From Spirochaetaceae bacterium (GTDB taxonomy: Bacteria; Spirochaetota; Spirochaetia; DSM-2461): a stretch of DNA of 64,000 nt. Location: positions 320,001-384,000 of the forward strand of contig OZ245056.1 in the NCBI GenBank assembly GCA_965224705.1. Direction: 5' to 3'. Positions 10,120 through 19,425 of the stretch are shown piece after piece. The translations under genes were made by a program, and so were the position numbers. A model generated the notes under the pieces. The model was not told the origin of the DNA. It saw only the letters and a program-made list of their open reading frames with translations, and ran no database searches. Numbering within the stretch: position 1 is the first letter of the stretch; each line of letters starts with the position of its first letter.

Positions 10120-11289
10120 ATGAAGACAGCAGTACAGTTTGGTGCCGGAAATATCGGCAGGGGATTTATTGGAAAACTACTTTCCAACTCAGGGTATTCC
10201 GTTATTTTTGCCGATATCAGCAAAACGTTGATACCTGAACTGAAAATAAGGGAAGAGTATGTTGTGGAAATTGTCGGCGAGGAACAGAGGGAAGAAAGAA
10301 TCTCTCCGGTAACGGGAATGTATTCCGACGATCCAGAACTGCTTGAAGCCATTGCCCATGCGGAAATAATTACAACGGCAGTCGGCCCCAATATCCTTGG
10401 GAATATCGCCCCTGTTATCGCGAAAGGTATTGAGGTACGGAAAAAAAATGGTAACAACTCATCTTTGAACATCATTGCCTGTGAAAACATGATCGGTGGG
10501 TCAACCATGCTGAAAAGAGAAGTGATTCAATACCTGTCTGAGGACACACAGAAATGGATGACTGACTGCACAGGATTCCCCGACTCAGCAGTCGACCGCA
10601 TCGTCCCACCGATGGATGAAACAAAGGACATTCTCAGAGTACGGGTTGAGGAGTTCTGCGAATGGATTGTAGACGAATCAGGTTTCATCGGCACAGTTTC
10701 TGAGATTGAGGGGATGCAGTTAAGCGACAATCTGGGTTCCTTTATCGAAAGAAAACTATTTACACTGAATACCGGTCATGCGATAACAGCATATCTTGGG
10801 GCTTTCAAAGGATATAAAACTATAGCAGAGAGTATTGCTGATCCACAAATACTCCCGGTGGTACACGGTGCCATGGTTGAAAGTGGTGAAGTACTGATTC
10901 GGCGATACAATTTTGAACGCTCCGCTCACATGGCCTACATTGACAAAATACTGGCACGTTTCCGCAATCCCTGGCTGAATGATAGAGTTGATCGTGTGGG
11001 GCGCCAACCCATACGGAAACTTGGTGCCAATGAACGATTTATCAAACCTTTGCGAGGTACCATTGAATATGGAACTTCCAGCAGGAATCTGATTACCGGT
11101 ACCGCTGCGGCCCTGCATTTCCAGAATGATGATGACGATGAAGCGGTGAGGCTCATGACAATGCTGAATTCAATGGACTTGAAACAGGCCCTGAAGGAAA
11201 TAACCTCTCTGGATTCGGAAAGCATTATTACAGCCATTGCATCAGCTTATAAGAGTTTGACTGATTCTGGAATTCCCCGGATCGTTTAA
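10120..11289 (+). CDS. mtlD: Mannitol-1-phosphate 5-dehydrogenase
   Basis: FGAGNIGRGFIG, IIACEN, DSAVDRIVP and ERKLFTLNTGHA motifs. Confidence 0.95.
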   Translation: MKTAVQFGAGNIGRGFIGKLLSNSGYSVIFADISKTLIPELKIREEYVVEIVGEEQREERISPVTGMYSDDPELLEAIAHAEIITTAVGPNILGNIAPVIAKGIEVRKKNGNNSSLNIIACENMIGGSTMLKREVIQYLSEDTQKWMTDCTGFPDSAVDRIVPPMDETKDILRVRVEEFCEWIVDESGFIGTVSEIEGMQLSDNLGSFIERKLFTLNTGHAITAYLGAFKGYKTIAESIADPQILPVVHGAMVESGEVLIRRYNFERSAHMAYIDKILARFRNPWLNDRVDRVGRQPIRKLGANERFIKPLRGTIEYGTSSRNLITGTAAALHFQNDDDDEAVRLMTMLNSMDLKQALKEITSLDSESIITAIASAYKSLTDSGIPRIV

Positions 11290-11291
11290 CA

Positions 11292-11366
11292 GGATGAAAA
11301 GACTGGATGCCAGTGTTTTCTTCCAGATGATACAAAACTCCCTGAATTCTGGTTGTACAATGGATA
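11292..11366 (+). repeat. 75-bp direct repeat, left copy (contains an imperfect hairpin)
   Basis: Matches 21886-21960 at 72/75 positions. Internal inverted repeat GGAtGAAAAgACTGG-atg-CCAGTgTTTTCtTCC. Confidence 0.9.
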
Positions 11367-11774
11367 GCTAATTCAAAAACTCTCTATAAGATATCAGTTA
11401 GAGAAGGAAGGTTGCTGCCTGATGCGGCCTCAGCCAGATTCTCATTGAAAATGAAGCTTTTGCCAGACCTTTTACATGAAAAAACGCCTTCTCATGACCT
11501 CTGATGTAAAGCCGCCTTGGAAAACGAATCCTTAGAGATGGGAGTTGACCCGCTTCACGCTCCTTAAAAGCTGGAAGACAGTTCCTTGAATCGTAAGTAA
11601 TTAACACCGATACTCCAGAACCTCGGCGAAGAAATCCATGTACTCTCCTCTCTCCCCTGCACTACCGAAAAACAGTGATGGACCACCTCGTGCGTACTGC
11701 GGCGATTCTCCCTCCCCTGCACTGCGTGCTGCCAAAAAACAGGTTCTGCCTTCGTCTGCCGCGAAGCATGCAGC

Positions 11775-13809
11775 ATCGAGTAGGAGGCACCCTGCGAAAG
11801 CAGGGATGCCGTCCTCTCACAGAACCGTGCGTACGGGTCCGTACACGGCTCCTCATGCATGTGTTCATATTTCTTTCAGTCTCAGGCTGAATAAATAAAC
11901 TGCCCGAGTTCTTCAATGAAATAGCGATTGGGAAAAGCTCTATGCATAGCCGGACTCCTTGAAGTCGCCCAGATACCCTTATTGTTGATAATTCGATTGG
12001 CCGCATACTCTGATACTCCCCTTTTTAACAGGGTGCGTTTCAGATTTCGGGGCCTCTTGTGCTCATACACTATTCGGGATCTCAATCGCCTTCTGGCATG
12101 GGCTTCCACCCTTTGAAGCTGGCGCTTATCTTCGGTTATACCGTAATATCCACTCCAGCCCCGGTACCAGATATTCAGCTTTTCCACTGTAGCTTCAATA
12201 GACTGATTCGTTCGTCTGGGTATCAATTCACAAAGCCTATCATTGGCTCTGCTCATTGACATCGACGAAATCGTAATCATTCCGGCCACAATGGTCATAC
12301 CCAAAAACTTGATAACTTCGGCCTTTCCTGTTTTGCTCTTCTCCTCGTTGACAACGAGTTTCAGTTTCTTTTCAATGAAGTTTGAAATACTTCCCATCAC
12401 TCTATCCGCCGCCTTTTGGGACTTAACGAATATGTTGCAGTCATCAGCAAATCGACAAAACTCCAGTCCTCGTTTTTCCAGTTCCCTGTCTAACTCGTCC
12501 AGAATCACATTGCTGAGCAATGGACTTAATGGACTACCCTGTGTCGTTCCTACAAAGGTATTTTCTTTCTGTCCATTCACCATCACCCCGCTCCGCAGAG
12601 TCAGGCCGGTCAAGCGCAGAATCCGGTTGTCGATTTTATGGACCGTTCTCAGCTGTCTGATGATTCTGTCGTGGCTGACCCTATCAAAGAACTTCGAGAG
12701 GTCGATATCCACCACAATATCCTTGCCGCTGCTGACTATCGACTTAGCCTTTTCAATAGCCTGTTTCTGACTTCGTCCAGGACGAAAGCCAAAACTGCTG
12801 TCTGAGAAGGTGGGGTCGATAATGGGTTCGAGCAGAAATTTGATGGATGCCTGGACCACTCTGTCACGCACACACGGCACGCCCAGAAGTCTCACTCCTC
12901 CTCCCGGTTTCGGGATCTCCACTCGTCTGACCGGTTGAGGTTTGTAGCTCCAGTCTTTCAGCTCCGCTGAGAGTTCCCGGATTTCCTGCTCAAGATTGGC
13001 TTTGTAATCCTCTACAGTGATCTCGTCGATGCCTGATGACCCCCTGTTCTTACTCACCTCTCTAAAGCCTCGCCTCAATACCGGTGGACTGCATAATTCC
13101 TCAAAAAGTCTCATGCGGTCCACTTTGAACAGTTCTCCTTGTTCCAATTTTCTCTCCTTCGGTCACAGACGAGTATTTCTGCGTGTTCCACATCTCTTTT
13201 CCTTGTTTACGTCAGGAATGGGTGGAACACTCCCTAATGGCTGGTTTCGTCTGATCTGATACTCATCGTTCCAACAGAACGTTTGCATGTTCCCCCCTTC
13301 ACCTTTAGCATCCTTGTCCCTTGGTTCCTGTTTTATCCTCACATATGTTGCCATATCGTCACAGGCAGAAATCTTTACGGCTACTATGGGTTCTTCTGAC
13401 TGCCGGTGGAAGATAACCCTGCATCCCTGCACGGCTTAGGAAATCTTATGGCGCTGTTCCACAGTTTCCATTCCACAGGCCCTCCCCGGGTAAGACCAAT
13501 CTCCATTTCATATCCGCCTGCCTTCTGCACAATTATGGGTTTACGTAAAGGATATGGGACTTCGATAGCCGAAGGTATCTCATCCCCCATAACTGCCTTT
13601 CAAAGGTTCACATTCGTTCAAGCGAATATTTTGACTTAGACTTCCTTCAGATTCCTCATTGGGAAATACAATCTCCATCTGGTGAGCAGGCATACTCTCA
13701 ATGCGTTGTCTATCTTTCTTCGGACACCCTTGTCTTTGTCTACAAATTCCCTCCTTTCAGGGCTTTGTCGGGATTTTCACCCGCTGGATATTGGTCATGC
13801 CGGGCACAC
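11775..13809 (-). mobile_element. Group II intron, class IIC, apparently full length (2035 nt)
   Basis: 5' end GTGTGCCCGGCATG at 13809. IIC-type domain I motifs CAAGGGTGTCCG, GAATCTGAAGGAAG and CTTACCCGGGGAGG. Domain V GAGCCGTGTACGGACCCGTACGCACGGTTC at ~11822-11851. Domain VI ends ...CCTACTCGAT at 11775. EBS1 UUCG is complementary to the 5'-exon end CGAA. Confidence 0.9.
11882..13147 (-). CDS. ltrA: Group II intron reverse transcriptase/maturase without an endonuclease domain
   Basis: GID, PVRRVEIPKPGGG.RLLG.P..RDR..Q, SFGFRPGRS, DIDLSKFFD, QGSPLSPLLSN and RFADD motifs, then domain X (RGW..YY). It ends at 421 aa. Confidence 0.95.
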   Translation of the reverse strand: MEQGELFKVDRMRLFEELCSPPVLRRGFREVSKNRGSSGIDEITVEDYKANLEQEIRELSAELKDWSYKPQPVRRVEIPKPGGGVRLLGVPCVRDRVVQASIKFLLEPIIDPTFSDSSFGFRPGRSQKQAIEKAKSIVSSGKDIVVDIDLSKFFDRVSHDRIIRQLRTVHKIDNRILRLTGLTLRSGVMVNGQKENTFVGTTQGSPLSPLLSNVILDELDRELEKRGLEFCRFADDCNIFVKSQKAADRVMGSISNFIEKKLKLVVNEEKSKTGKAEVIKFLGMTIVAGMITISSMSMSRANDRLCELIPRRTNQSIEATVEKLNIWYRGWSGYYGITEDKRQLQRVEAHARRRLRSRIVYEHKRPRNLKRTLLKRGVSEYAANRIINNKGIWATSRSPAMHRAFPNRYFIEELGQFIYSA

Positions 13810-13898
13810 TTCGCGACGTCGATTGCTCGAACGGCCGTCAGCCTCAGAGCGGGTAAGGTCAAATCCCACGTATTGACAAGTTTCGCCGCTTAAACTTA

Positions 13899-13927
13899 TT
13901 GACAGAACCTCCTTCCCTGGTTATGAT
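13899..13927 (+). promoter_or_regulatory. Sigma70-type promoter for the ABC transporter operon
   Basis: TTGACA-17 nt-TATGAT, followed by a GGAGGT RBS before the ATG at 13966. Confidence 0.7.
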
Positions 13928-13965
13928 TCCAGACTATATTAATTTGGTACACGTGGAGGTGTATT

Positions 13966-15312
13966 ATGAAAAAAAAGTCCCTTTTTCTTTTTGTTCTGAG
14001 TATTCTCGCGGTATCCCTGGCGTTCGGCGGCGGCGGCCAGGACGAGTCGGAAGCATCGGCCCCGGCACCAACCAGCTTTGATTGGATGAACTATGAAGGT
14101 TCCAGCATCACATTCATGGTTCCCGAGCATCCAATCACCAACGGTGTACGGGAAATTCTGGCGGAGTTTGAGTCCCAGACCGGCATTGAGGTGGCCATCA
14201 ATGCGATGGCTGAAGACCTGTACTTCGATAGAATGAACGTTGCGCTTCGCACCGAAGGCAATGTGGATGTCTACCTGGTGCCCATGGATGGAGACTCCTA
14301 CATTCAAAAAAACACCGGACTTGTCCGGTCACTTTCGCCCTACCTCGACGACCCGATAATGACGGCGTCGGACTACGATTTCCCTGATTTTCCATCAACC
14401 ATCATGGATTTGGTACACTACAGCGAGGGCTACTTTGCTATTCCCGCCTCACTCGAAACGTATATTCTTATGTATAATAAAGAAATAATCGAAAAGTACC
14501 TTGACGGCAAGGTTCCCGCCACCATGGATGAACTCATCAATGCGGCCAATACCATACAGAGCCAGGCAGATGGGGAAGTTTCCGGTGCTGTAATGAGGGG
14601 AATCCGTTCCGACACCCTTAAAGACACCATAACAGGCATCGTTTACAATGCAGTGGGTGACGGGGGATACAATAATGCAGCCGAAATGTACATGAGCTCT
14701 CCCGGCAACTTTTCAACGGTAAGGCTGACGGATCCCGGAATTATCCGCGGCATCAATCGATACGCTCAGCTTATGAAGGCTGGACCTTCGAATATCCAAT
14801 CCATGGATTGGCCTGACGCCGCAAGAGCGTTTGAACTGGGAAAGGCTGGATTCTTTGTCGATGCCAACCTATTTGCGCCTGGATTTGAACAGGGGGCAAT
14901 GGCTGGTAAGGTAGGCTATTCCATACTTCCCATCGACAACTCCGAGGGAAAATCCTACTCCGGTTTTTGGGGCTGGGGCTATGGCATAGCCGAAAACTCC
15001 AAGAATCCAGAGGCCTCCTGGCTGTTTATCCAATGGCTTTCCAACAAAACCAATGATGTGAAAATTGCGAAGTTCCATGGAAGTCCGGCAAGAAATTCAA
15101 CCTGGACCAGGACCGAATTCACTCAAACCATGCCGGTTGACTACATTGAAGCATCAAAGGAGCAGATGGCTTCATCCAGGAGTTCTGTTATCAAGAACGA
15201 AAAGGAAAAAGAGTTCTATCTGATTATAGTTGATGCCATACAGGAGATTTACGGGGGAAAATCCCCGGAACAGGCGGTTCGCGAGGCTCAGGAAAAAGCC
15301 AGGAATTTATAG
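13966..15312 (+). CDS. Carbohydrate ABC transporter substrate-binding protein
   Basis: Signal peptide with a GGGQDE N-terminus. LMYNKE...VPAT.DEL and EASWLFIQWL motifs of family 1 SBPs. Confidence 0.88.
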   Translation: MKKKSLFLFVLSILAVSLAFGGGGQDESEASAPAPTSFDWMNYEGSSITFMVPEHPITNGVREILAEFESQTGIEVAINAMAEDLYFDRMNVALRTEGNVDVYLVPMDGDSYIQKNTGLVRSLSPYLDDPIMTASDYDFPDFPSTIMDLVHYSEGYFAIPASLETYILMYNKEIIEKYLDGKVPATMDELINAANTIQSQADGEVSGAVMRGIRSDTLKDTITGIVYNAVGDGGYNNAAEMYMSSPGNFSTVRLTDPGIIRGINRYAQLMKAGPSNIQSMDWPDAARAFELGKAGFFVDANLFAPGFEQGAMAGKVGYSILPIDNSEGKSYSGFWGWGYGIAENSKNPEASWLFIQWLSNKTNDVKIAKFHGSPARNSTWTRTEFTQTMPVDYIEASKEQMASSRSSVIKNEKEKEFYLIIVDAIQEIYGGKSPEQAVREAQEKARNL

Positions 15313-15342
15313 CTTTCGGATGAAATAGGGGGGATAAAGCCA

Positions 15343-16212
15343 ATGCGGACTGGAAGAATAGATTTTATCTCAAAAGGCTTTATTCTTCCCGCTATTTCAG
15401 TTTTAGTGATTGTTTCTCTGTACCCGGCAGTATTCGGCGTTGTAACCTCCCTTTTCGACTGGCATTGGGGGGATCAGGCTGTTTTTGTCGGATTCAAAAA
15501 CTACTTTTCCCTGTTTACCAGCAAAGATTTCTACACCGTCCTCTATAACACAGGCCGCTTTGCCGCCGCCGCCGCCCTTATCGAAATATCGCTTGGTTAT
15601 TATCTGGCGGTACAGGTGGACAAACTGAAAATAAACACAGGGCTCATCAAGGGCTTACTTATGATGCCTCTGATGATATCGGGAATTATCACGGCCCTGA
15701 TGTCCAAGGTCATCCTTGATCCGTACATCGGTGTCATACCCCAATTATTCTCCGGTCTTGGAATCAATGACTTCCCCTTTTTCGGCAGTCCCAAAACGGC
15801 GATGCCCACCATCATTGCGGTGGATACATGGTGGCAAACAGCCTTTATCTTCATCATCATTCTGGCGGGACTTCAGGGCATACCGATTTCAACAATCGAG
15901 GCATCGCAGATTGAAGGGGCCAGCGATTTTCAGGTTTTCTGGAGAATCAAATTCCCCATACTGAAGAACCTGTTGATAACAGTGATCATTTTCAGGCTCA
16001 TCGACATATTAAAAATTTTCGACCTCGTCTTCGGTACGACCGGGGGGGGGCCCAATCTGAGTACAGAGGTTTTTCAGACATTTGCCTATAGAACGGCCTA
16101 CAAATTTCGCGACATAGGCATGTCCATGACCATTATTGTGGTCTTTTCATGCATCATGCTGATTCTATGCATTCTATTCCACAAGCTCAGGGATCAGGAC
16201 GACATTCAGTGA
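15343..16212 (+). CDS. Carbohydrate ABC transporter permease (MalF-like)
   Basis: FVGFKNY, an EAA loop (LAGLQGIP...EASQIEGA) and TGGGP. Confidence 0.9.
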   Translation: MRTGRIDFISKGFILPAISVLVIVSLYPAVFGVVTSLFDWHWGDQAVFVGFKNYFSLFTSKDFYTVLYNTGRFAAAAALIEISLGYYLAVQVDKLKINTGLIKGLLMMPLMISGIITALMSKVILDPYIGVIPQLFSGLGINDFPFFGSPKTAMPTIIAVDTWWQTAFIFIIILAGLQGIPISTIEASQIEGASDFQVFWRIKFPILKNLLITVIIFRLIDILKIFDLVFGTTGGGPNLSTEVFQTFAYRTAYKFRDIGMSMTIIVVFSCIMLILCILFHKLRDQDDIQ

Positions 16213-17048
16213 AGAGAAATTTCCTTTCTAGAAGCTGGCCCGTTGTGTTCGTCGGCATTGTACTGATACTGACAATATTTCCCATACTATGGGTTTTTCT
16301 GCTTTCGCTGACCGAAAACGCGCTCGACGTCCTGGCAGGTGAAAAAGTTAAAGCCATTATTACATTCAAGAATTACAGGGATCTCTGGCAGAATTCCCTG
16401 TTCCGGTCATCGTTTATCAACTCAATTTTTGTCACACTCATTGCGACGGTGCTATCCCTCGGCATAGCCCTGCCCTGCGCCTACTATCTGACGATTCAAC
16501 GGCGCAGGAAAAAGCAGTCCAGGGGAATACTGCTGTTCAATCTCTGGCTTCTTCTAACCTACATGCTTCCTGAATTCTTGTTTATTATACCAATGTACAT
16601 TGTCTACCAGAAAGTTGGTCTGTACGATACCTACTTTGGGCTGGCACTGCTCTACCAGATACATGTACTGCCGTTTTCAATCTGGATGTTAAGCAATTTT
16701 TTTCAGAGTGACATACCAGTAAGCATTGCGGAGGCGGCCAGCATTGACGGTGCCAGACACCGCACAATCCTTTTCTCCATCTACACACCGCTGGCCAGAT
16801 CCGGTATTGCAGCGTTGAGCATCCTGAGTGCGATTTGGATCTGGAATGAGCTGGCGATTGCCATCGGACTCACCTTTGCGAATGCGCAGACCATCACGGT
16901 GGGCGTGGCGTCATTTAGAGGCTATGCCTCCGTGAACTATGGGGCGATGACGGCCGCATCCATTGTGTCCATCGTTCCTATGCTGATAGGCGCCGTTTTC
17001 GTGCAAAAACACATACTTCGGGGCCTGTCGGCCGGTGCGATTAAATAA
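16209..17048 (+). CDS. Carbohydrate ABC transporter permease (MalG-like)
   Basis: EAASIDGA, WNE and a C-terminal GLSAGAIK. The GTG start overlaps the upstream TGA. Confidence 0.9.
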   Translation: MKRNFLSRSWPVVFVGIVLILTIFPILWVFLLSLTENALDVLAGEKVKAIITFKNYRDLWQNSLFRSSFINSIFVTLIATVLSLGIALPCAYYLTIQRRRKKQSRGILLFNLWLLLTYMLPEFLFIIPMYIVYQKVGLYDTYFGLALLYQIHVLPFSIWMLSNFFQSDIPVSIAEAASIDGARHRTILFSIYTPLARSGIAALSILSAIWIWNELAIAIGLTFANAQTITVGVASFRGYASVNYGAMTAASIVSIVPMLIGAVFVQKHILRGLSAGAIK

Positions 17049-17061
17049 GTAAGGAGAACTT

Positions 17062-18372
17062 ATGTTTGAGAACATGTCAATGAAGGAACTGCAGACATTT
17101 GCCTCGCAGTTTTTGACCGGGGGCGTCTCGTCGAATGCGAGAATTAATCCCTACACCGGAATTCCCATGTACCTGTCCAGGGCTGAGGGCGCATATATAT
17201 GGGATCACAGCGGCAAAAAATACATCGACTATTTTATGGGTCACGGAGCATGTCTGCTGGGACATGGCCGACCGGAAATCAGCCGGGCCGTCACTGAAGC
17301 CATGCACAGGGGCTGGACGGCCGAGTTTGATTCCCAGGCCAATGTGGACCTGGCCGAACGACTTTGCCGGATTATTCCGTCGGCGGAACAGATACGTTTT
17401 ACCTCGTCAGGATCGGAATCCACGGCCCTCTGCATGCGCATCGCCCGTGCCTTCACAGGAAAAGACAAGATTATTCGCATTGACGGGCATTTTCACGGAA
17501 CCAACGACTATGTTCTAACCAACTGGCTGGCCGGTGATACGGATCGGAATAACGACGGCACGCAGAGGTCGGAATTTGTCTATTCATCCAGGGGAATACC
17601 CCGGGCGATCGAAGACACAATGATTGTCATTCCCTGGCATAACGTCGATGTTCTGGAGAGAGTTATTTCCGAGGAAAAGGATGATATCGCGGCGATAATT
17701 ATGGTTCCTATTGACTACAACAACGGCTGCCTTGTCCCCGCTAAGGAATACCTGCATAAGGTTAACGACATCGCACACCGAAGCGGTCTGCTGGTCATAT
17801 ACGATGAGATTCTTTCCTGCTTCCGCACCGGCCTGTCCTGCGCACAGGGCTATTTCGATGTGACACCGGATCTATGTGCAATAGGGAAGGTTCTCTCCAA
17901 CGGTGTACCCCTCAGTGTCGTCGCCGGGAAGAAGGAGGTCATGTCCTGCATCCTCGACAATCCTCCAGTGGCATCCGGCGGGACCTACTCGGGAAATGCT
18001 CTGGGAATCGCGGCCGCGCTGGCGACTCTCGAGATCCTCTCCCAACCCGATTTTTATCCCTCGCTCAGTTCCCTCACTCAATACTTCTGCGAGGGCATGA
18101 AGGAACTCTTTGCCAAATACGGAATTCAAGTGCAGATTCCCTATCTCGGCAGCAATTTCTTTATCTATTTCGGACCTGATAAGGAAGTCCGGAGCTACAG
18201 CGATTTTGCCCTTATTGATACATCATATGCCAGAAAGTTTTTTAGATCCTGCATCGATCGCGGGATTTATTTTCACACGGATCTTACTGTCTCAGCGGCC
18301 CATACGAGGGACGATATAGACCACACCCTGGAGGTATTTGAAGAAATCGTTCAGGACATCGGCACTCCCTGA
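17062..18372 (+). CDS. Class III PLP aminotransferase, glutamate-1-semialdehyde aminomutase-like (probably not true HemL)
   Basis: GGVSS, GAYIWD..G..YIDY, SGSE, FHG, DEI...FR, PDL...GK and GGTYSGN motifs. Cotranscribed with the sugar importer. Confidence 0.85.
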   Translation: MFENMSMKELQTFASQFLTGGVSSNARINPYTGIPMYLSRAEGAYIWDHSGKKYIDYFMGHGACLLGHGRPEISRAVTEAMHRGWTAEFDSQANVDLAERLCRIIPSAEQIRFTSSGSESTALCMRIARAFTGKDKIIRIDGHFHGTNDYVLTNWLAGDTDRNNDGTQRSEFVYSSRGIPRAIEDTMIVIPWHNVDVLERVISEEKDDIAAIIMVPIDYNNGCLVPAKEYLHKVNDIAHRSGLLVIYDEILSCFRTGLSCAQGYFDVTPDLCAIGKVLSNGVPLSVVAGKKEVMSCILDNPPVASGGTYSGNALGIAAALATLEILSQPDFYPSLSSLTQYFCEGMKELFAKYGIQVQIPYLGSNFFIYFGPDKEVRSYSDFALIDTSYARKFFRSCIDRGIYFHTDLTVSAAHTRDDIDHTLEVFEEIVQDIGTP

Positions 18373-18375
18373 ATT

Positions 18376-18390
18376 CGGGTGAACAACCCG
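18376..18390. terminator. Short hairpin between convergent operons
   Basis: (T)CGGGT-GAACA-ACCCG(A) inverted repeat between the stops at 18372 and 18402. No clear U-tract. Confidence 0.4.
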
Positions 18391-18401
18391 ATGGAAGGAC
18401 T

Positions 18402-19424
18402 TCAGGCGTCAATCGCCATCGGCCTGCCGGTATCCGAGGATCTATAGGCGGCCTCAATGATTTTCATATTGACCAGCCCCTCAAGGCCCCCGGGCAAGGG
18501 CCTGCGGCCGTTTTCGATCGCATTGATAAATTCCCGCATCTGGGCACTGTACATCTCCTGACCGCAGTGTTCGTTTCGTTCAGGAAAACTCCCTTCGGTT
18601 CGCAGGGCCGTCTCCGGGCCCGATCCCTCCGGTCCGCTGACGCTTACAAAGGTGGGATAAAGGCTGGCATATCCGGTTGTTCCATAGATCCTCGCAGCCG
18701 CTTCCGGTCCCTGCATATATGGATGCCACCAGCCGCTTTCGACTATGGAGCAGACACCGTTATCCCATTCAATGAGGAGCAGGGCACTGTCTTCTACTTC
18801 CATCTGCTTGACGGCATTCCTAACTTTGGCAAAAACCTGGACCGGTGCGGGATCACCCATCAGGTATCTTAGGGTATCGACGGCATGTATACCCATGTCA
18901 GCCAGAGCCCCCCCCCAGGCAAGCTTCTTTCTGGTAAACCAGCCTCCAGGCCCCCAATTGACATGAATGCCGTATCCGGAGGCCTTAAAAACATCTCCGA
19001 TTTTCCCGGATCTGATTTCGTCTGCCAGGAAGTTTGCCTCACCATCGAATCTCCAGACATGACCTGTCATCAGAGCCAGATTCTTTTTTTCCGCCAGATT
19101 CAGCATCTCTTCGGCCTGAGCCGCCGAGCAGGCCATGGGTTTTTCGACAAAAACATGCCGACCAGTTTCTAATGCTTCCAATGTCTGCGGATGGTGATGG
19201 ACGTTGGGTGTGGAAAGAACAACGAAATCGACATCAGAATCCCTGAGCATCTGCGAGAAATCTGTATAGGCCTTCCCGGAAACCCTGTGTTTCACTGCGA
19301 AGGATTCAGCGTTGGCCAGCGTGGGGCTGGCCACGGAGCGGAGTTCCACGCTGCGGCAGGACTTCAGCCCCTCCGCATGATAGTGGGAGATAAAGCCTGA
19401 ACCTGAAAACCCTGCCTTTAGCAT
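18402..19424 (-). CDS. Gfo/Idh/MocA-family NAD(P)-dependent oxidoreductase
   Basis: G.G.I Rossmann loop, TPN..H, HVFVEKP and GGALADMGIHAVD motifs. Confidence 0.92.
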   Translation of the reverse strand: MLKAGFSGSGFISHYHAEGLKSCRSVELRSVASPTLANAESFAVKHRVSGKAYTDFSQMLRDSDVDFVVLSTPNVHHHPQTLEALETGRHVFVEKPMACSAAQAEEMLNLAEKKNLALMTGHVWRFDGEANFLADEIRSGKIGDVFKASGYGIHVNWGPGGWFTRKKLAWGGALADMGIHAVDTLRYLMGDPAPVQVFAKVRNAVKQMEVEDSALLLIEWDNGVCSIVESGWWHPYMQGPEAAARIYGTTGYASLYPTFVSVSGPEGSGPETALRTEGSFPERNEHCGQEMYSAQMREFINAIENGRRPLPGGLEGLVNMKIIEAAYRSSDTGRPMAIDA

Positions 19425-19425
19425 T

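Noticed and set aside
11398..11607. Short ORF at the left end of island 1 as a transposase remnant
   Set aside because: There is no motif I can assign with confidence. It needs a translated search.
12243..12770. Long antisense ORFs (here and at 20176-20709, 27807-28301, 29618-30130, 36704-37219)
   Set aside because: Shadow frames opposite well-supported genes, with no independent evidence.
11882..13147. Reverse transcriptase as a retron, DGR or defence-associated RT (FADD instead of YADD)
   Set aside because: It has the group II RT0-7 and X layout and sits inside a complete intron RNA with a 5' GUGYG, domain V and domain VI. I saw no template/variable repeat pair or msr-msd.
11740..13900. 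Integron attC site as the intron target
   Set aside because: The rejoined exons show no convincing RYYYAAC...GTTRRRY box pair. No integrase or cassette array is present.
17062..18372. Annotation as housekeeping hemL
   Set aside because: The fold family matches, but the context is a sugar importer within an island and no tetrapyrrole genes are adjacent. No gene symbol was assigned.
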